In this document: piece after piece, positions 27,721 to 41,358 of the stretch
How the letters are laid out: each line of letters starts with the position of its first letter
Position numbering within the stretch: the first letter of the stretch is position 1
Assembly (NCBI GenBank): GCA_028023455.1
Contig: JAQFVV010000001.1
Span: 5,704,001 to 5,768,000 of the forward strand
Origin: Epiperipatus broadwayi
Taxonomy: Eukaryota > Animalia > Onychophora
Direction: 5' to 3'
Length of the DNA: 64,000 nucleotides
Program-made: the position numbers and the translations under genes
Notes under the pieces: model-generated
The model's database searches: none
What the model was told of the DNA's origin: nothing
What the model saw: the letters and a program-made list of their open reading frames with translations, nothing else

Positions 27721-27796
27721 CATCTGGTCCCATAGTAACCTGTTCATAATCTGGTGGCTGGTCCCCTGACTCTTGAGGGGGTGGGGATTCAGGATC
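27721..27796 (-). CDS. TMEM272: Coding exon 2 of the TMEM272-like gene: DPESPPPQESGDQPPDYEQVTMGPD(G)
   Basis: Acceptor ttaattatAG, donor GTAAGT, 76 nt, phase 0 to phase 1, GC-rich open frame that joins exon 8545-8655 in frame. Confidence 0.72.
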
Positions 27797-29908
27797 CTAT
27801 AATTAAAACATATTCAAACTAGTTAAAAATAAAGAATAATAAATATATATTCTAGACTAACATAAAATGGAAACAATTATGATATATAACATTTCTTTTT
27901 ACATAAATTGATTATTCCAGCAACAGGTATTATATTATTTCAAGGTAAAAAAATCTATTGATAATGTTTATTTTTTATAAAATAAATGAATATAAATATT
28001 AACCATATATACTAATCTTTACAACTGAGCATTATACATATTGACATTCAGAGTTCTTTTTTCCAATTTTAAATTATTTTTTTAAATAATAAATTTAAAA
28101 AATGGTTTATTGCTCAATGTTCACATAAAGTTAAACCATCAGAAATGATAAAGTTCAGTCATGAACCATGGATTTTGAATTTTAGTTTGCCAATATCATT
28201 GCACTAAAGCATGAGGTGCACATAAGATATGGAATTATTTTCATAAAAGAAAAATTTGTAATTATCATAAAATCATTAATTCTGAAATTTTTATATATAA
28301 AATATACAATAAAGCATTTTATTATCAAGTGATAATCTTTATAATTATTTAAATTAATATGAAAACACAACTATTAAATTAAAAATTAGTCATTATATTT
28401 TATTATTTGGATTCCTTCCATCTACTTTTGTAAACATGTAAATTACTATTTTAAAATCTTATAAAAGCATGAGCTAAGATATCATTACAAAGGACTTCCC
28501 TTAATTATCATTAGAATATTTCATATATCACTAAGATTCAGAAAAAAATTGTATTTACTGCATTTTTTTTAAATGCAAAAATTATGTACAGTTAATTAAA
28601 ACAAAGCATTTGATTCAGTTAATCATATAAATTATAGAGTTATTAGAAAATGTTATATTAAAAGATTACATATTAGAGAAAATAAACATGTAGTAGTGGG
28701 GGAAGGGAGGGGTAGATTTGACAAAGACAAATGTGAATTAGTATAGATAGAAAAAATATCAACAATTTTAGAAAGACTATCCTTGTAGTTGAAATTACAT
28801 AATGAATGTTTCATATCAGAGTGAAATAATGAAATTATGACAAAGAAGATAGGAATAGTTGATAATGAATATTAGAAGTCATTGACAATTTTTGTCTTTG
28901 TGGATTATTGTTTAACATTAAAAAATGTAACTTTTGGAATCTTTTAGTTATCAAAATTGCTATGAAAAAATTAAAAACATTTTATATATTTTTAAAGTCA
29001 GATTTCAAAAATGAAAATCAGAATTTCTCAAGTAATACTATTTCCAGTAGTTCTCTATGAAGTGATAGTCACATATTGAAAATAAAATGGAAAGATTTCA
29101 CAGAATAACACTGATAGTAAGGAAAACAAATATGGTTATTTTCTCAAAAATAATTAAACTCTCTTGAAATGCGTTATTTTAGATTATATTATGAAATATT
29201 CTAATTCATCAGTAAAGTGTATAATGCTTGAAAAAAATAATGATTAAAAAAAAGGTGAATTAGCAAGAATGATATGAATTGACTCATCATAAATAATGAA
29301 TGAGCATTTGAATACATAAAAATAGAGATAAGCCATTCTGGAAAAATGTTATTTATATAATACAAGAAATTGATATTATCCATATCTAATAAAAATAACC
29401 ATTATATAATAAGCAGATTATTATAGAGAATATAAAATAAATGCATTAGTAATTACTTTTAAAAAGTAAAAAGCAGTGGCAAACTATTACTATTAAAGTA
29501 TTTATTGTTTATCTCAAAAGAAGTTTATCTAAATATTCTCTGATCTAAAAATACAATGCCAATTAAATAACATAACAGCCAAAAATTTTAGGATCTAAAA
29601 CATAAAAATTTTGTTTTTAATATTTTGAAACCTATTTGTTAATTATTAAGTAATTAAATTTTACTATAAAGGGTTTTTTTTAATTAGCTATTTATAACTT
29701 GAATCAGATATCATAAACAACTAATTAAAAAAAAATCTTTATAGTAAAATTAAATCAAATTAATTGCAAAATTTTTCTTAGAAAACAAATTTTACACTAA
29801 CAGAATTTTATTTATTAATGTTAATCTATGCATTTTAATTACTTTATTATCATTTCAAATTTTAATCATAGTAAAATAAAAATTAATAATATCTGATGCT
29901 AGGCACAT

Positions 29909-30034
29909 GAGAGACAGAGATAGATATAGAGAGATATAGATAGAGAGAGATATAGATATATATAGAGATAGAGATATATATATAGAGAGAGAGATAGAGA
30001 TATATATATAAAGAGAGAGAGATATATAGAGATA
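29909..30034. repeat. Compound (GA/TA/TAGA)n microsatellite
   Basis: Direct reading. Confidence 0.95.
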
Positions 30035-30143
30035 TTATAAACAGTGAGGATTGCCAATTCCTCTACAAGCTTTATTATAAATGCTCTGGCTAAGCATTTA
30101 TAATAAAGCTTGTAGAGGAATTGGCAATCCTCACTGTTTATAA
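30035..30143. repeat. Perfect hairpin, 51 bp arms with a 7 nt loop
   Basis: 30035-30085 is the exact reverse complement of 30093-30143; loop CTGGCTA. Confidence 0.97.
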
Positions 30144-32063
30144 CTTACAAGCTTAAGAGATAGGGTCATGTGATCTATGAATTGATCTATGACTTTTATT
30201 TTGACTATATATAGAGATATTACTTGTAAAACCTATTAGTCAAACATATATATACATCAAGTGTATATATATGAGTTAATGTAAAATTCTGCTGAAATAA
30301 AATGCTTATATTTTTGTTAAAATCTTGTTAAAATATGACGTATGATTTATTTTGAGATAAGCCCGCCAACATTTTCTAAAAGAATGTATGTTTGTAATTA
30401 GTTAGCCCAGTCAAGGCAAATTAAAGATGGCTTTCTCTTTCTTTTTTAATTAATAAAATTCAAACTTTAAAGAAAGAAATGTAGAATAAAAAGTAAAAGT
30501 TATTTTTAGAAAATGTTGCCTTGAAACAAAGGAGCATGTGGGTGGGCTTATCAAGATCTAAGATCATACAAACAATAGAAGGTAGCTTACAAAAAGTTAT
30601 AAATAGGAGAGTGAACAAAAGACTTGTTATTCAGAGTTTTCTTGCTGGCATTCAGATTTCTCTTTGGAGAACTCTTTCAGATTTTGCTTATTCAGATTTT
30701 ATTCCAAAAAGTTATACAACTGTCGTCTTCAAAATCATGGAGAAGTTTGAACATGCTCAAGATAAAAGTCATGAATTTGATGGATTCTACTATGCTTGGC
30801 TAGGCAAATAAATAGCTTTGCCTATCGCCGAGGTTCCTAAATACCATCAAAATGCCTTAGTATCCACTCAATAGTCATCTGAACTCTGTGCCGTGTCTGT
30901 AGGACTTTTCATAAAGGCATGCTACTTATATCCATTTTCCTTGTCCGGACAAATACCCATCGATGGTCGGATCAAGCCATGAACGCCGTAGGAAACATGA
31001 CCAAGGTACCAGGACGGTAACCGTATCTCTCCACTGAACTATTTACTTTCTACCCTTTTGATAATACCTTTTAAATTGCATTATTGTATTATATTTTTGA
31101 ATTGTTTGATTTAATGATATTTATAACGTAATTATTTCTTTTGACTAGCCTTAGATATATATATGTGTGATCATCTATCTGTATTTAACCCTTTTTCCTT
31201 CACTATTCTTCATTACTAACATGTATAAATATTTTGTATTCCATTGCGGTTAAGTTTAAAAGTTAACTTTTTTTTCATTTAAAATCTCTTTCCAATTTTA
31301 TTTATGTTTCTAAATTCCATACGAGTAAGTTTCCTTTGTTTGCCAACTTGATCTCCTCGATAATGCCTCTTTTGTCTGCCACTAGCTTATTATGTATATC
31401 AGATTTAGCTATATATGTTTTAAATAATTTTTAAACTCTGTTTTTAGCGCAAAGCAATTAGAAAATGCTTTGCGAAAGATTTTTACTATTGTACTTTATC
31501 GAGGAGATTCAAGTTGACAATTTTATTAAAATTGGGAAGAAAAGACTTAGACCGCAAAAATCTTATATCGTTTAATGTTTTTAGTGTCTAATTAGTTTTT
31601 CATTAATTTAGGCGAATAGCGGAGGCCATTAAAAACATTCATAATATTTTAAAGTCATTAATTAAACATATTATTTAACTATAAAAAGCTTGAGTTTCCT
31701 AATTTTATTATAATGCTTTATTTTACTTTTCCAATGATCCAGGCACGCAAAACACATGTTTCTTAGTACTTTTATTGCACATTTAACTATTTAGCTCCAT
31801 AGGTGTTCCCGTCCATGTCTCTACCTCTGTTGCTAAGCTTTGTGGCCGGTGAGAAAATAATTTATGTGTGTCTCAGATAATGTTGTTTGTTCGTAATTAG
31901 CCTCGAGAATAGGCAAATAGGGCAGAGGTCATAGTATTCTTGATTTAATATCTCGCGTATGGATGGCCTCGAGGTACTTTCGCCTAGTATTCAAACTGGG
32001 TTAAACCAACATACATCATCTGACTGTCACAGTTAAATTTTTTTCTCCCGCATTCTGGCGCCA

Positions 32064-32112
32064 TAGAGATAGATAGATAGATAGAGAGAGAGAGAGGGAG
32101 AGAGAGAGAGAG
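32064..32112. repeat. (TAGA)n(GA)n microsatellite
   Basis: Direct reading. Confidence 0.95.
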
Positions 32113-32399
32113 AAAAAGACCAATAGCACAATTACCAGCAAGCCCCAAAAATGAGGCCTTTCCAGTACAAATTTACAAAACTATATAATGTCTTGATACC
32201 TGTTTCATAAAAATGAAAAGTAAAGTTGGGGGTAAAATGCATCATTTAACACTAATTTCATTTTAAATGTCTCAGATTTTCCATGAATATAAATGTTCTT
32301 ACATATTGATAATAATATTTTTATTAATATTTCCAGCACAATAAAAAATATATCTGTAATACTTCTTGATTTTTTTAATATATCATAAGTCTCTTGTAA

Positions 32400-33300
32400 G
32401 CCCTAATTTATGATTAGAAGCAATTTATTTAATAAAATCCTTGAAAGTACTTTTGCAGCCTTTTCTAAATCCTTTATTTTTATAAATGGAAGCAATACAA
32501 GCATCCTTGAAAACAGATGATACAACTTCAAAAGTCCACATATTCATAAAAATTTCCAAAAATTGTAAAACTATCATATCTTGAAACATTTCCAGGGATT
32601 CTATCAGATACATAGCTTTTCTATTTTTAAGGCTACAAAAAGCAGTTTTAACTTCATAATGATGGATATTTCTGTCTAAATGTAAATGAGATAGCATAGA
32701 TATGTGTTTTAACTATCTAAATATTTGCAGCATAATCATATAAAAGGTTATCACCCATTAGTTTAAAAGTATTGTGATATCATTCTTCATGACCATATGT
32801 TACATTCAACTGGTGAAAAAAGATCTAACAACTAAAAACTATATCTCTATTGCAATTTTAATCAATCAATCTTTCTTGTCTTTTTATCAATTGAACTTCT
32901 GCCATGAAATTCTTAAATTGTGTATATTCACCAAGCCATAATACTATCATTATGAGAGAATCATTACAATTTTTCTTTTTTTTTCCACATCTACAACAAA
33001 CTCTAAAAAATTCTATAGTTCAATAAACATGGTCATCTATTAAAAATTCAAATTGATAATTTTAATGTTTAGTTACTAGCATGAATAGAAGTAGCTGTTA
33101 AAAAAAATGAATATCAAATTTCCTATCAATATGTTAAGAATATGATGATTTCTAATGAAACTATCAGATCTTTAAAATCTGATCAACAATATGCCCATAC
33201 AATCATTCTTATATGATAAATATTCCATCTGTATAAGCAACAATGACAGTAAATGGTTAACAATTATGTAGCACAAAACTGTCCTGAATATCAGAAATTT
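32400..33300 (-). mobile_element. Decayed RTE-type LINE reverse transcriptase fragment
   Basis: EVKTAFCSLKNRKA...MWTFEVVSSVFKDACIASIYKNKGFRKGC matches the RT N-terminal region (W...P.D.RDA.IV..YKNKG). Confidence 0.65.
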
Positions 33301-34510
33301 GATAGAATAAACCACATCTACAACATTAATAATGCCAACAAAAGCTGGAATAATGTAGTTGCAGCTTTTCAGTTACCCTTTCATAGCAACAATTCATCAT
33401 TGGCACAAATATTTTTTGAAACAATTTGAGTAAAGTATTTGTACTAATATTGCCTGCTCTGACAGGTACTAAGCAATTATATTGTAAATCTATCTATAAA
33501 ACTATAAAATAATAAATCAAATCAAAACATAATGTTTGCAAATAGAAGATAGCACACAAATGCAAGTATATCATTTTTTCCACAACATAGATTAAAAAAA
33601 AAACAAAAACATACTCAGTGTTCTGAAAATCTCACTATAATAAATTTCACTAAAATAGTAGCATTTAAATAGTCCAAGTATTAGACAGAAAATTTTCACA
33701 ATTTATTTTCTGTGCTCATATTGTAGCAAGATCTATATATTCACATAAACAATAAATGAATTTAAATATCTAGCAAAACATTGTTAGATCATTAACACAT
33801 AAGAGACATTCATATCTTATAAAATAAATTATGAATTCTTTCACATTTAAAAACAATCAAGTAACTAAGATTCAATTATCATTCCAAGAGGAAATCAGAT
33901 ATTCAAACTTAATTCACTTGACAAAATAGATTGATATCTGAAATACATATGCAGTATGAGAAGGGGGTTAAATTTTTATATTAGGTAATAGTTTGTTATA
34001 TAATAAGTTCGTATTTAATTAGAAAGGTCCTACAAAAATCATGAATCTGATTGCTTAATATATAATGCTAACAACTACTCACGAGATAGTCATCATTTTA
34101 TTAGCTACTATTCTAGCACTTAAAATGACCTTTATCATTTTTCTTCAAATAATTCATTACTATCATTTCATTCATCATTTACACATGCATTAAATTTTGG
34201 CAATCTATTCTTCTTCAAAAAGCATTAAAAGAAAATTATTACATATTTTGAGATACATTTTGCACTTAAATAATTTTAATTATATTTATTTCAGTTTTAA
34301 TAGGATTCACTAGCTGTTATTACTATTAATTCATTTTTTATACTTGTTCAAGACTTGCATCTTTGCTGATACAAATAGAAAGCCTCTCACATATCTTTGT
34401 TTTAGCTTCAAACTTCTACTGACCATGAGTCTATATCCTTTAATGACAATCTGTACATTCAATTAAGACTTCCTTCATATGCATGCAATTTAGCTGTTCA
34501 ACTTTTTTTA

Positions 34511-34973
34511 TAATAAAAGTACCAAACTCTCCATGTAGTAGTGCCACCAAGTGCAAACCTTCATAATCATTGGATGCAGGAAGGTTTGTACATAAAATCC
34601 CTATCTAGTGCATGCTCATCCAACAAGCAAGAGAATGAGTTTAGATTAGAAACATTTTGGTATTTTCATCTTGGGCTCCTAGCTTTATAATTAACTAAAT
34701 AGGTAAAAGGTGGCTGGAGAGTTGTATTAGATCTCAAGATATAAGTGCAGTGCTCTCAAATCCAAGGCTCCTCACTAATGAAAGCCACAAGTTAGAAACT
34801 AGTCTGGAGATGCTGGATGAGAAGACACTAGATAGGGGCTTTATGCACAAACCTTCCTGCATCCATTGATTATAAAGGCTTGCCCTTGGTGGCACTATTG
34901 CATGGAGAGTTTGGTACTCTTATTAACAGCATGTGTAAGCATATGAAATGGTGGTCATGTGATGTTTTGATGG
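34511..34973. mobile_element. Hammerhead retrozyme family 1, locus B
   Basis: Minus arm 34511-34623, plus arm 34634-34973; hammerhead core CUAAUGA (G5A) at 34775; TSD not clear. Confidence 0.85.
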
Positions 34974-36684
34974 TTTTATTATAACAAATTACTTTTCCAA
35001 CACATTACTTCTCTGTCTTTATTATCAGAATTCCTCTCTCTCCAATTCAACAAACTCAACTCTGTAAACTTATTGTCTATTACATTAATTATTGATAAAT
35101 AAATTCATTAGTTCTCATCTAATACCAGAAAATTCTACAATTAATCTCTTATTTCAAAGTCTTCAATTACTTTACTCGAAACTATTTTTAAATTCAATCA
35201 GTTTGGCATCTTACTAGCAAAATCTTGCAATACACAGAATTAAAAAAATCATTTTTATATTAAAAGAAATCATAAAATTCAAGATTAATTATGGCAAGTA
35301 GTATCAGCAGCATACTTTTTTTAGATAATGATATAATAGACCTGGCTATAGATTATATATATATTTGAATTACATTTAAAACAAAAATTTAATGCATCAA
35401 ATGACATATCAACCTTCTATGAAAGTCTAATATGTAATTGCCGGCCTTCTCTTATCACAAGATAAGAAATAGAGTTAGATACAAAGATTAAAAATGATGA
35501 CCATCTTAGTATCAGATTTCACATCAATCTCTAATTACAAAATGTTTAACTACACATTGACAACACTAATATGCAATTGTCTATTAATTTTACATGTGTA
35601 ATGAGAAAATAAAATCTAAAATGCTTTACACTTTTGTATAAAGGAAATATAAACAGAAAATACAGTAGAACTAAGGCCTAAAATATTAGATAATATTAAC
35701 TCTAAATTCTTGTCAAGATTATTTCTCATATTACTAAATGATATCATTAAAAAGAGAATAAAAAGTGTAATGCATTGTTAATATTGTAGCAACTCAAAGT
35801 TCATAAACTACTTTGTGGTGAATTACCTTTAGTTTAAATCAACTGGAACTTCCCTTTTCATTAACACAAGATCTGCATTTCTCAACATATCCAACTAATC
35901 ATTACAATCAAAAATTATTAAAAAGACTTCTCAAAAATTTTATGAGCTCAAAAATTTTATGAGGCTTTCTATATCTTTTGATTTACCTGAGAATTCTTCA
36001 AGTATAGTTCTGACTATTCTTTTGTTTGCAGATGGTATGTAATCATTTTATATGATTCATTGACGGAATCTGTGCAAATGGCAAAATAATTATACACCAT
36101 TACATCAGTAATGACCCAAGAGATGGCTTTCATTTAAGATGTTTGTTTTCATCAGCAAACTCATTCATATTTTTCAAGTAAATCATAATATTATAGGGCA
36201 AATAAAATCTCTTTTGGTCCTTCTTGCCCTTTTTAAATCAAATTTAAGTGACTTCTACAACTAATTATATTGCAAAATTATCTCAAATCCCCTTTCAATT
36301 TGCTGAACTTCCAAACAGATTTAATGCGATATTTACACTGTACAACCAGGAAAAAAAATATCTTTGATGTTGATCAATAATGACGAACCTTTTTAAGTGT
36401 GCATGCTAAAAATTTCCAAAAAATATTTATTGAATGATAGACGTGCCATACAGTTATTAAATCAAAATATAACCAACTTAATTATTGCAGTTTTTTTTAA
36501 AGTTTATAAAACAAAATTATAATAACAATAATAATTAAACAAAGTTTCTAAATAAGCTAAATACAATTGAATAATATTTATTTAAAAGAACACAAGTTAA
36601 ATAAAATGTAATATGAAAAAATTAATAACGATTAAAACAAAATTTTCAAAATAAACACATAAAATCTAAATAAATAGATATTAT

Positions 36685-38504
36685 TTAATGACATTTTTGC
36701 TGCTTTATATTGGATGCCAAATATTTTATATCTTGTTCACATGTTGTCATTTTTAATAATGTACATGCTGAACTACATTCATCTGTCATTCTATTTTTCA
36801 AACTGCCTTTAATTAAATTCATTTCTGAAAACAATGATTCACATGCATATGTAGAGGGAAAAATTGATAATATAGCAGTCACTAATTTTTTTAAACAATT
36901 AAATGTTTCAGGAATAGCATTCAAGGCAGTCAGTAGTTCCTCTTCAGCATTCATTTAACATATATCCAATAATTGATCATTTTCCATTGTTTCTAACTCA
37001 TTCCTCAAGTCAATAAATTTCTGTTTCCATATAGAACTGGATTGAAAATTGCCTGATTGCATTTCCATATCTTTCAAATTAAGCCATTCAAAAATTTCTA
37101 ACTTGAGACTATCCATTGATGTTATGTTTGGGTATAAAATAAATTTTTGATATTTCTGAAAATTGTCTGAACTGTGTAAATCTTAAAGAAAATTAATCAA
37201 TTATCGATTGAATAGACAAAAGTCTTGTTTCAATTTTACTAGATCTAGTTTCTCACGAGATTCTAAATCAGTCAAGAATTTTTTTAGATTTGGAAAATAT
37301 TTGAAGGTGTAAGAAAATTTGTAATTTAACTTCAAATGCTTTGATCAAATCAAACACGACAACAATTACCTTATTAACCTTGCAGTTTCACATTTAATTC
37401 ATTTAGATGTGAAGACATATCTATAAAAAACATTAATTTTGAAATCCATTTAACATTCATTAATTCATTATATTTTTCAATGATTTTCTCATTATGTAAA
37501 AACAGTCTAATTTCTTTTAAATGCTCAATTAATGTGAAGAATTTTTCCTCAACTTAACCATCGGATATTGTTGTACTTAAGTAAACCATTGCATACTGAA
37601 TTTACCTCACTCAATGTGCAATTGTAAACCATTGCATACAGAGTTTATCTCATTCAATGTGTAAATATAAAATTGACTTAGTCACGATGTTCATAACATT
37701 ATCCAGTGGCTTAAAGCTGGCCTTCATGCATAAAACCTGCTGATGTATAATGCAATGAAAACCCAAAATTGAATGTCCAATATGGTTAGTGAATAAAGTG
37801 AGAAAACTATATTCTTTTCCAGTCATAAGCACCATTTGTAGTTACTGATACAATTTTGGCAACATCTATGTTGAAATATCTTTTCCTTTCATTGTTTTAC
37901 TAATGAGATTAAACTGATCAATTCTTTTTTGATATTATTCCTAACACAATAGCGAATAAAAATAGCCAAACGAGATGATCCATTTATGTCTGTACTTTCA
38001 TCAAGGCAGAGAGAAATTAAACTAGAAGATTTTATATCTCTTTTTTTGTTGGTAAGTTATGTTGTTCTAGCCAATGATAAATCTTTTATGATCTGAATAA
38101 TTTTTGCTTTATTTTCAAAATCTTCAAAAAGAACTGATGCACATTTCATCCAAGCTTCTTTCATATATTCTCCAACATTAAAAGATTTCCCATGTTTGGC
38201 AAAAAATTAAAAAACTAGCAGCAGTTATATTTAAATGATTTTCATAAATTTCGTTATAGATGTTGATTGAATATTTATATTTTTAAATCATTGGGCAATA
38301 TATTCTTTTTGTTCATCTTTACTTTTTTTCACTGAGCGATTTGATTGGTCTCATAATGCTATTTTACCAATGATATTCTCAATACAACTGTTCCAGAATA
38401 TAAAACATATAGTACCCTGGTGCCATTGTTAATCATTCCATACTCATCAATCCACCAATTTTGAAATTCTCTATTGCTTGATATTTTTTATTTTGACTAG
38501 TCAT
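36685..38504 (-). pseudogene. Decayed hAT transposase (SPIN/GTF2IRD2-like)
   Basis: Fragments REFQNWWIDEYG, FHCIIHQQVLC, and ILSIFPSTYACESLFSEMNLIK...NRMTDE (hAT dimerisation domain); many stops and frameshifts. Confidence 0.9.
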
Positions 38505-38968
38505 ATTAATATAATGGTAACAAATTTATTTAAAATTAAACTTAAATGAACTTTAATAATTTTATAAATAAAAGATTTATCATTTCACTTTTACAGCAAA
38601 ACTTCAAGCAAAAAAAAAGTCATTTGATGGCATTGATTACACATTTTGTTCCTTTGTTCATGATTTTGATTACATTAAAAAAATGAATGGTATCAACATG
38701 TTCAGGTGAAAAACTATTACTTTTACTTTAGGTTTGAAAAAACTTACTTCAAAGAATTATAAAATATTTTACTGAGTTTACTTTCTAGTTTTATTGGAAT
38801 CATTTGACAGGTTTATAGAAAATGATACCACAGTATAGTGTACCACTTTATTTGATGTAAAATATCATAATTTACTGCTTCTAATCAGAGTTTAATTGTA
38901 AATTGAATTCTAATATAATATTACCTTTATTTATTGTGCCTTTAGTTTATAGTAAATTTTTATTATTA

Positions 38969-39631
38969 CAGATTTTAGCAACAAATGATGTCTCAGAAAC
39001 TAGAAAAAATCTGGTGTTTTGGTCCAGAAGGTAGTGGATCTAATATCCTTGTTAATTGTACAAAGGGTGTTCAATATCTTAATGAAATTAATGATAGTGT
39101 TGTTGCTGGCTTTCAATGGGCAACAAAAGAAGGAGTCTTGTGTGAAGAAAATATGAGAGCTGTAAGTTTCAACATTCACGATGTTAACTTCATGCTGATG
39201 CTATTCATCGTGGAGGCAGTCAAATTATTCCTACAGCTAGAAGATGCTTATATGCTTGTGTTCTAACAGCAAAACCAAGACTTATGGAGCCCATCTATCT
39301 AGTAGAAATTCAGTGCCCTGAAGTTACAGTGGGTGGAATTTATAATGTCTTCAATAGAAAACATGACCATGTATTTGAAGAAAGTCAAACTGCTGGAACA
39401 CCGATGTTTGTTATTAAAGCTGTCAATGAATCATTTGGTTGCACAGCAGACTTATGCTCAAACATAGATGGACAAGCATTCCCCCAATGTGTTTTTGATC
39501 ATTAGCAGATTTTACCTGGTGATCCCTTTGATGAAAAATTTAAACCTCAGGAAATTGTTGCTGAAACTAGAAAACGCAAAGGGTTAAAACCTGGCATTCC
39601 CGATTTAGCTAACTATCTTGATAAATTGAAA
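38969..39631 (+). pseudogene. EEF2: Intronless C-terminal fragment of eukaryotic elongation factor 2
   Basis: [90 protein letters not shown]; frameshift near 39190, internal stop, small deletion. Confidence 0.95.
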
Positions 39632-40412
39632 TTACTGTTAATATATTTTTATTCTTTTGGTATGGCATCTGATTTAAATGAAAGGATGCAGAATATGATG
39701 GACTTATTAAATTATCTTTTAAAAAGTAACCTTCAAACTCTGCTTGCTGTGTTTCATCTCAGTATATGAATAAGAAAAATAAAAGTTATACATATTTTGG
39801 CTACGAAAAAAAATATTGAAGAAAATTACAATATATAAATAGTTTGCATGCCAGTAAAAAATTTGAATGTGTCAGAGAGCATGCCATAGGTTCACCATCA
39901 TGGATGTAGATGATTAATCTCAAACAATAATTGATAAAGCAAATTAAATATCTCAGTCCTCACAATTCTATCATCCTATTATTACTACTATCAAAATAAT
40001 GAGGGTAATTAATGTAGCTCTATATTTAAATGATAAATATGATGTTTTAAAATCAGATATTAGTGATTATTGCAGTTATTATATGTACAATGTTAATAAA
40101 GTAACTTTTTACAGTTCAAATTTTATTAAAATCTGACAAAAATGATGTATACAAAATGGTGCTTATAGCACATATACTCTTTTATACATTATTGGCAAAT
40201 TCTATAACAATTGTAATGCTGTTAATCAGATATTCTTGATTGTGTAGCCATTCTTGTCCTACAGTTTATCTTAATGAAGTGAGTAAATAATAGGAATTTA
40301 ACTATACATCTCCTATACCTTCATTAAAGACTCATAGACTCAAGAAAATTTAAATAAACATTAATTGTAATATCAGCAGTTTTGAAAATGTGTTTACAAA
40401 TATATTCATTAT

Positions 40413-40623
40413 AAAAGCAAGCAAAACTCTCCACAGAATAGTGCCACTCAGTGCAAGCCAGAGTAATCAATGGATGCCAGAAGGCTTATGCATAAAATTC
40501 CTATCTAGTGCCTACTTATCCAATATCCCCAGACTAGTTTCTGGCTAGTGGCCTTCGTCAGTGAGGAGCCTTGGCTGTTTTAATAACAGTTACGAGCAAG
40601 CATAAGAAATGGTGATCATGTGA
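40413..40623. mobile_element. Hammerhead retrozyme family 1, locus C
   Basis: Minus arm 40413-40574 with a full hammerhead, plus arm 40575-40623; degenerate 13 bp TSD TATATTCATTATA / TATAATGATTATA (11/13). Confidence 0.88.
40518..40574 (-). ncRNA. Type I hammerhead, core intact, in the sense of the host pre-mRNA
   Basis: CCAAGGC-UCCUCA-CUGACGA-A-GGC cacua GCC-A-GAAA-CUAGUC-UGGGGA-UA-UUGG. Confidence 0.8.
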
Positions 40624-41221
40624 TATAATGATTATACTGAATTTATTTTTAATGACAATATAAGTGTGTATAATTTATGATTATTTTTATCTGAACTCTT
40701 GGGATAGATTCCAGTGCTACACTTCCAGCAAGAAAACTTCTTATGAACTTTCAAGCATGATTATTATTATTATTGTTATAATACTAGTAAATTTAATGTT
40801 CTTAAAACATCAATGAAAGCAAGTTTTTTTTTTAAATAGCACTAAAGTTATTTAGTTAATAGTTTCTAAAAAAATAAAATTATTGATTTAATTAAAGTAA
40901 TGTTAATCTGAGATTTATAGGAATCTAGATTAACAATATTCTACCTGTTCTTAAGTATTTGTTTAACATTTGTGCATAAAAAAAATGCTACCAACCATCC
41001 ATCAGATTGAGTCACATAATAAATACCAATAGTTAAAAAAAAAATTAATTGCTAAGAAATAAAATATATAGATTTTGAAAGTATTAAGGAATAAAATGTG
41101 ATATGTTAGACTACTTCCATCATTTATGAGTGAATGTTGATTGTATAGAAATTTTTAAACTTTCCAAATACAAACAACTTGTTAGTAATGTCACACAAAT
41201 AGACAATGCAGGTTAGTAATT

Positions 41222-41266
41222 ACACAACGTTTCGAGCAGTATTATTCTCCATTCTTCTTCAGGTGC
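41222..41266 (-). ncRNA. Minimal type I hammerhead, family 2, minus copy
   Basis: GCAC-CUGAAGA-A-GAAUGG agaauaaua CUGCUC-GAAA-CGUU-GUGU; stem II has one mismatch. Confidence 0.7.
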
Positions 41267-41313
41267 GAGTTCAACTTCTAAATGAATATTGTCACTGTGC
41301 ATATAGGCCAGCA

Positions 41314-41358
41314 ACACCTGAAGAAGAGTGGAGAATAATACTACTCGAAACGTTGTGT
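41314..41358 (+). ncRNA. Minimal type I hammerhead, family 2, plus copy
   Basis: ACAC-CUGAAGA-A-GAGUGG agaauaaua CUACUC-GAAA-CGUU-GUGU; 4 bp stem I, 6 bp stem II, loopless palindromic stem III. Confidence 0.85.

Larger units (their letters stand above)
36375..39903 (-). mobile_element. SPIN-like hAT DNA transposon enclosing an eEF2 fragment
   Basis: Ends CAATAATGACGAACCT and AGGTTCACCATCATGG match the CAGTGATGGCGAACCT TIR type; 8 bp TSD ATGTTGAT / ATGTAGAT. Confidence 0.85.

Noticed and set aside
30128-30136. TCCTCACTG in the perfect hairpin matching retrozyme stem I
   Set aside because: It is only 9 bp and the match stops before the rest of the core, so it is compatible with chance.
32056-32063. 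TGGCGCCA as an LTR primer-binding site
   Set aside because: There is no adjacent LTR pair or gag/pol, and the match to a tRNA 3' end is short.
38985-39505. Functional eEF2 gene
   Set aside because: Only the C-terminal quarter is present, with a frameshift, an internal stop, a deletion and substitutions at conserved residues.
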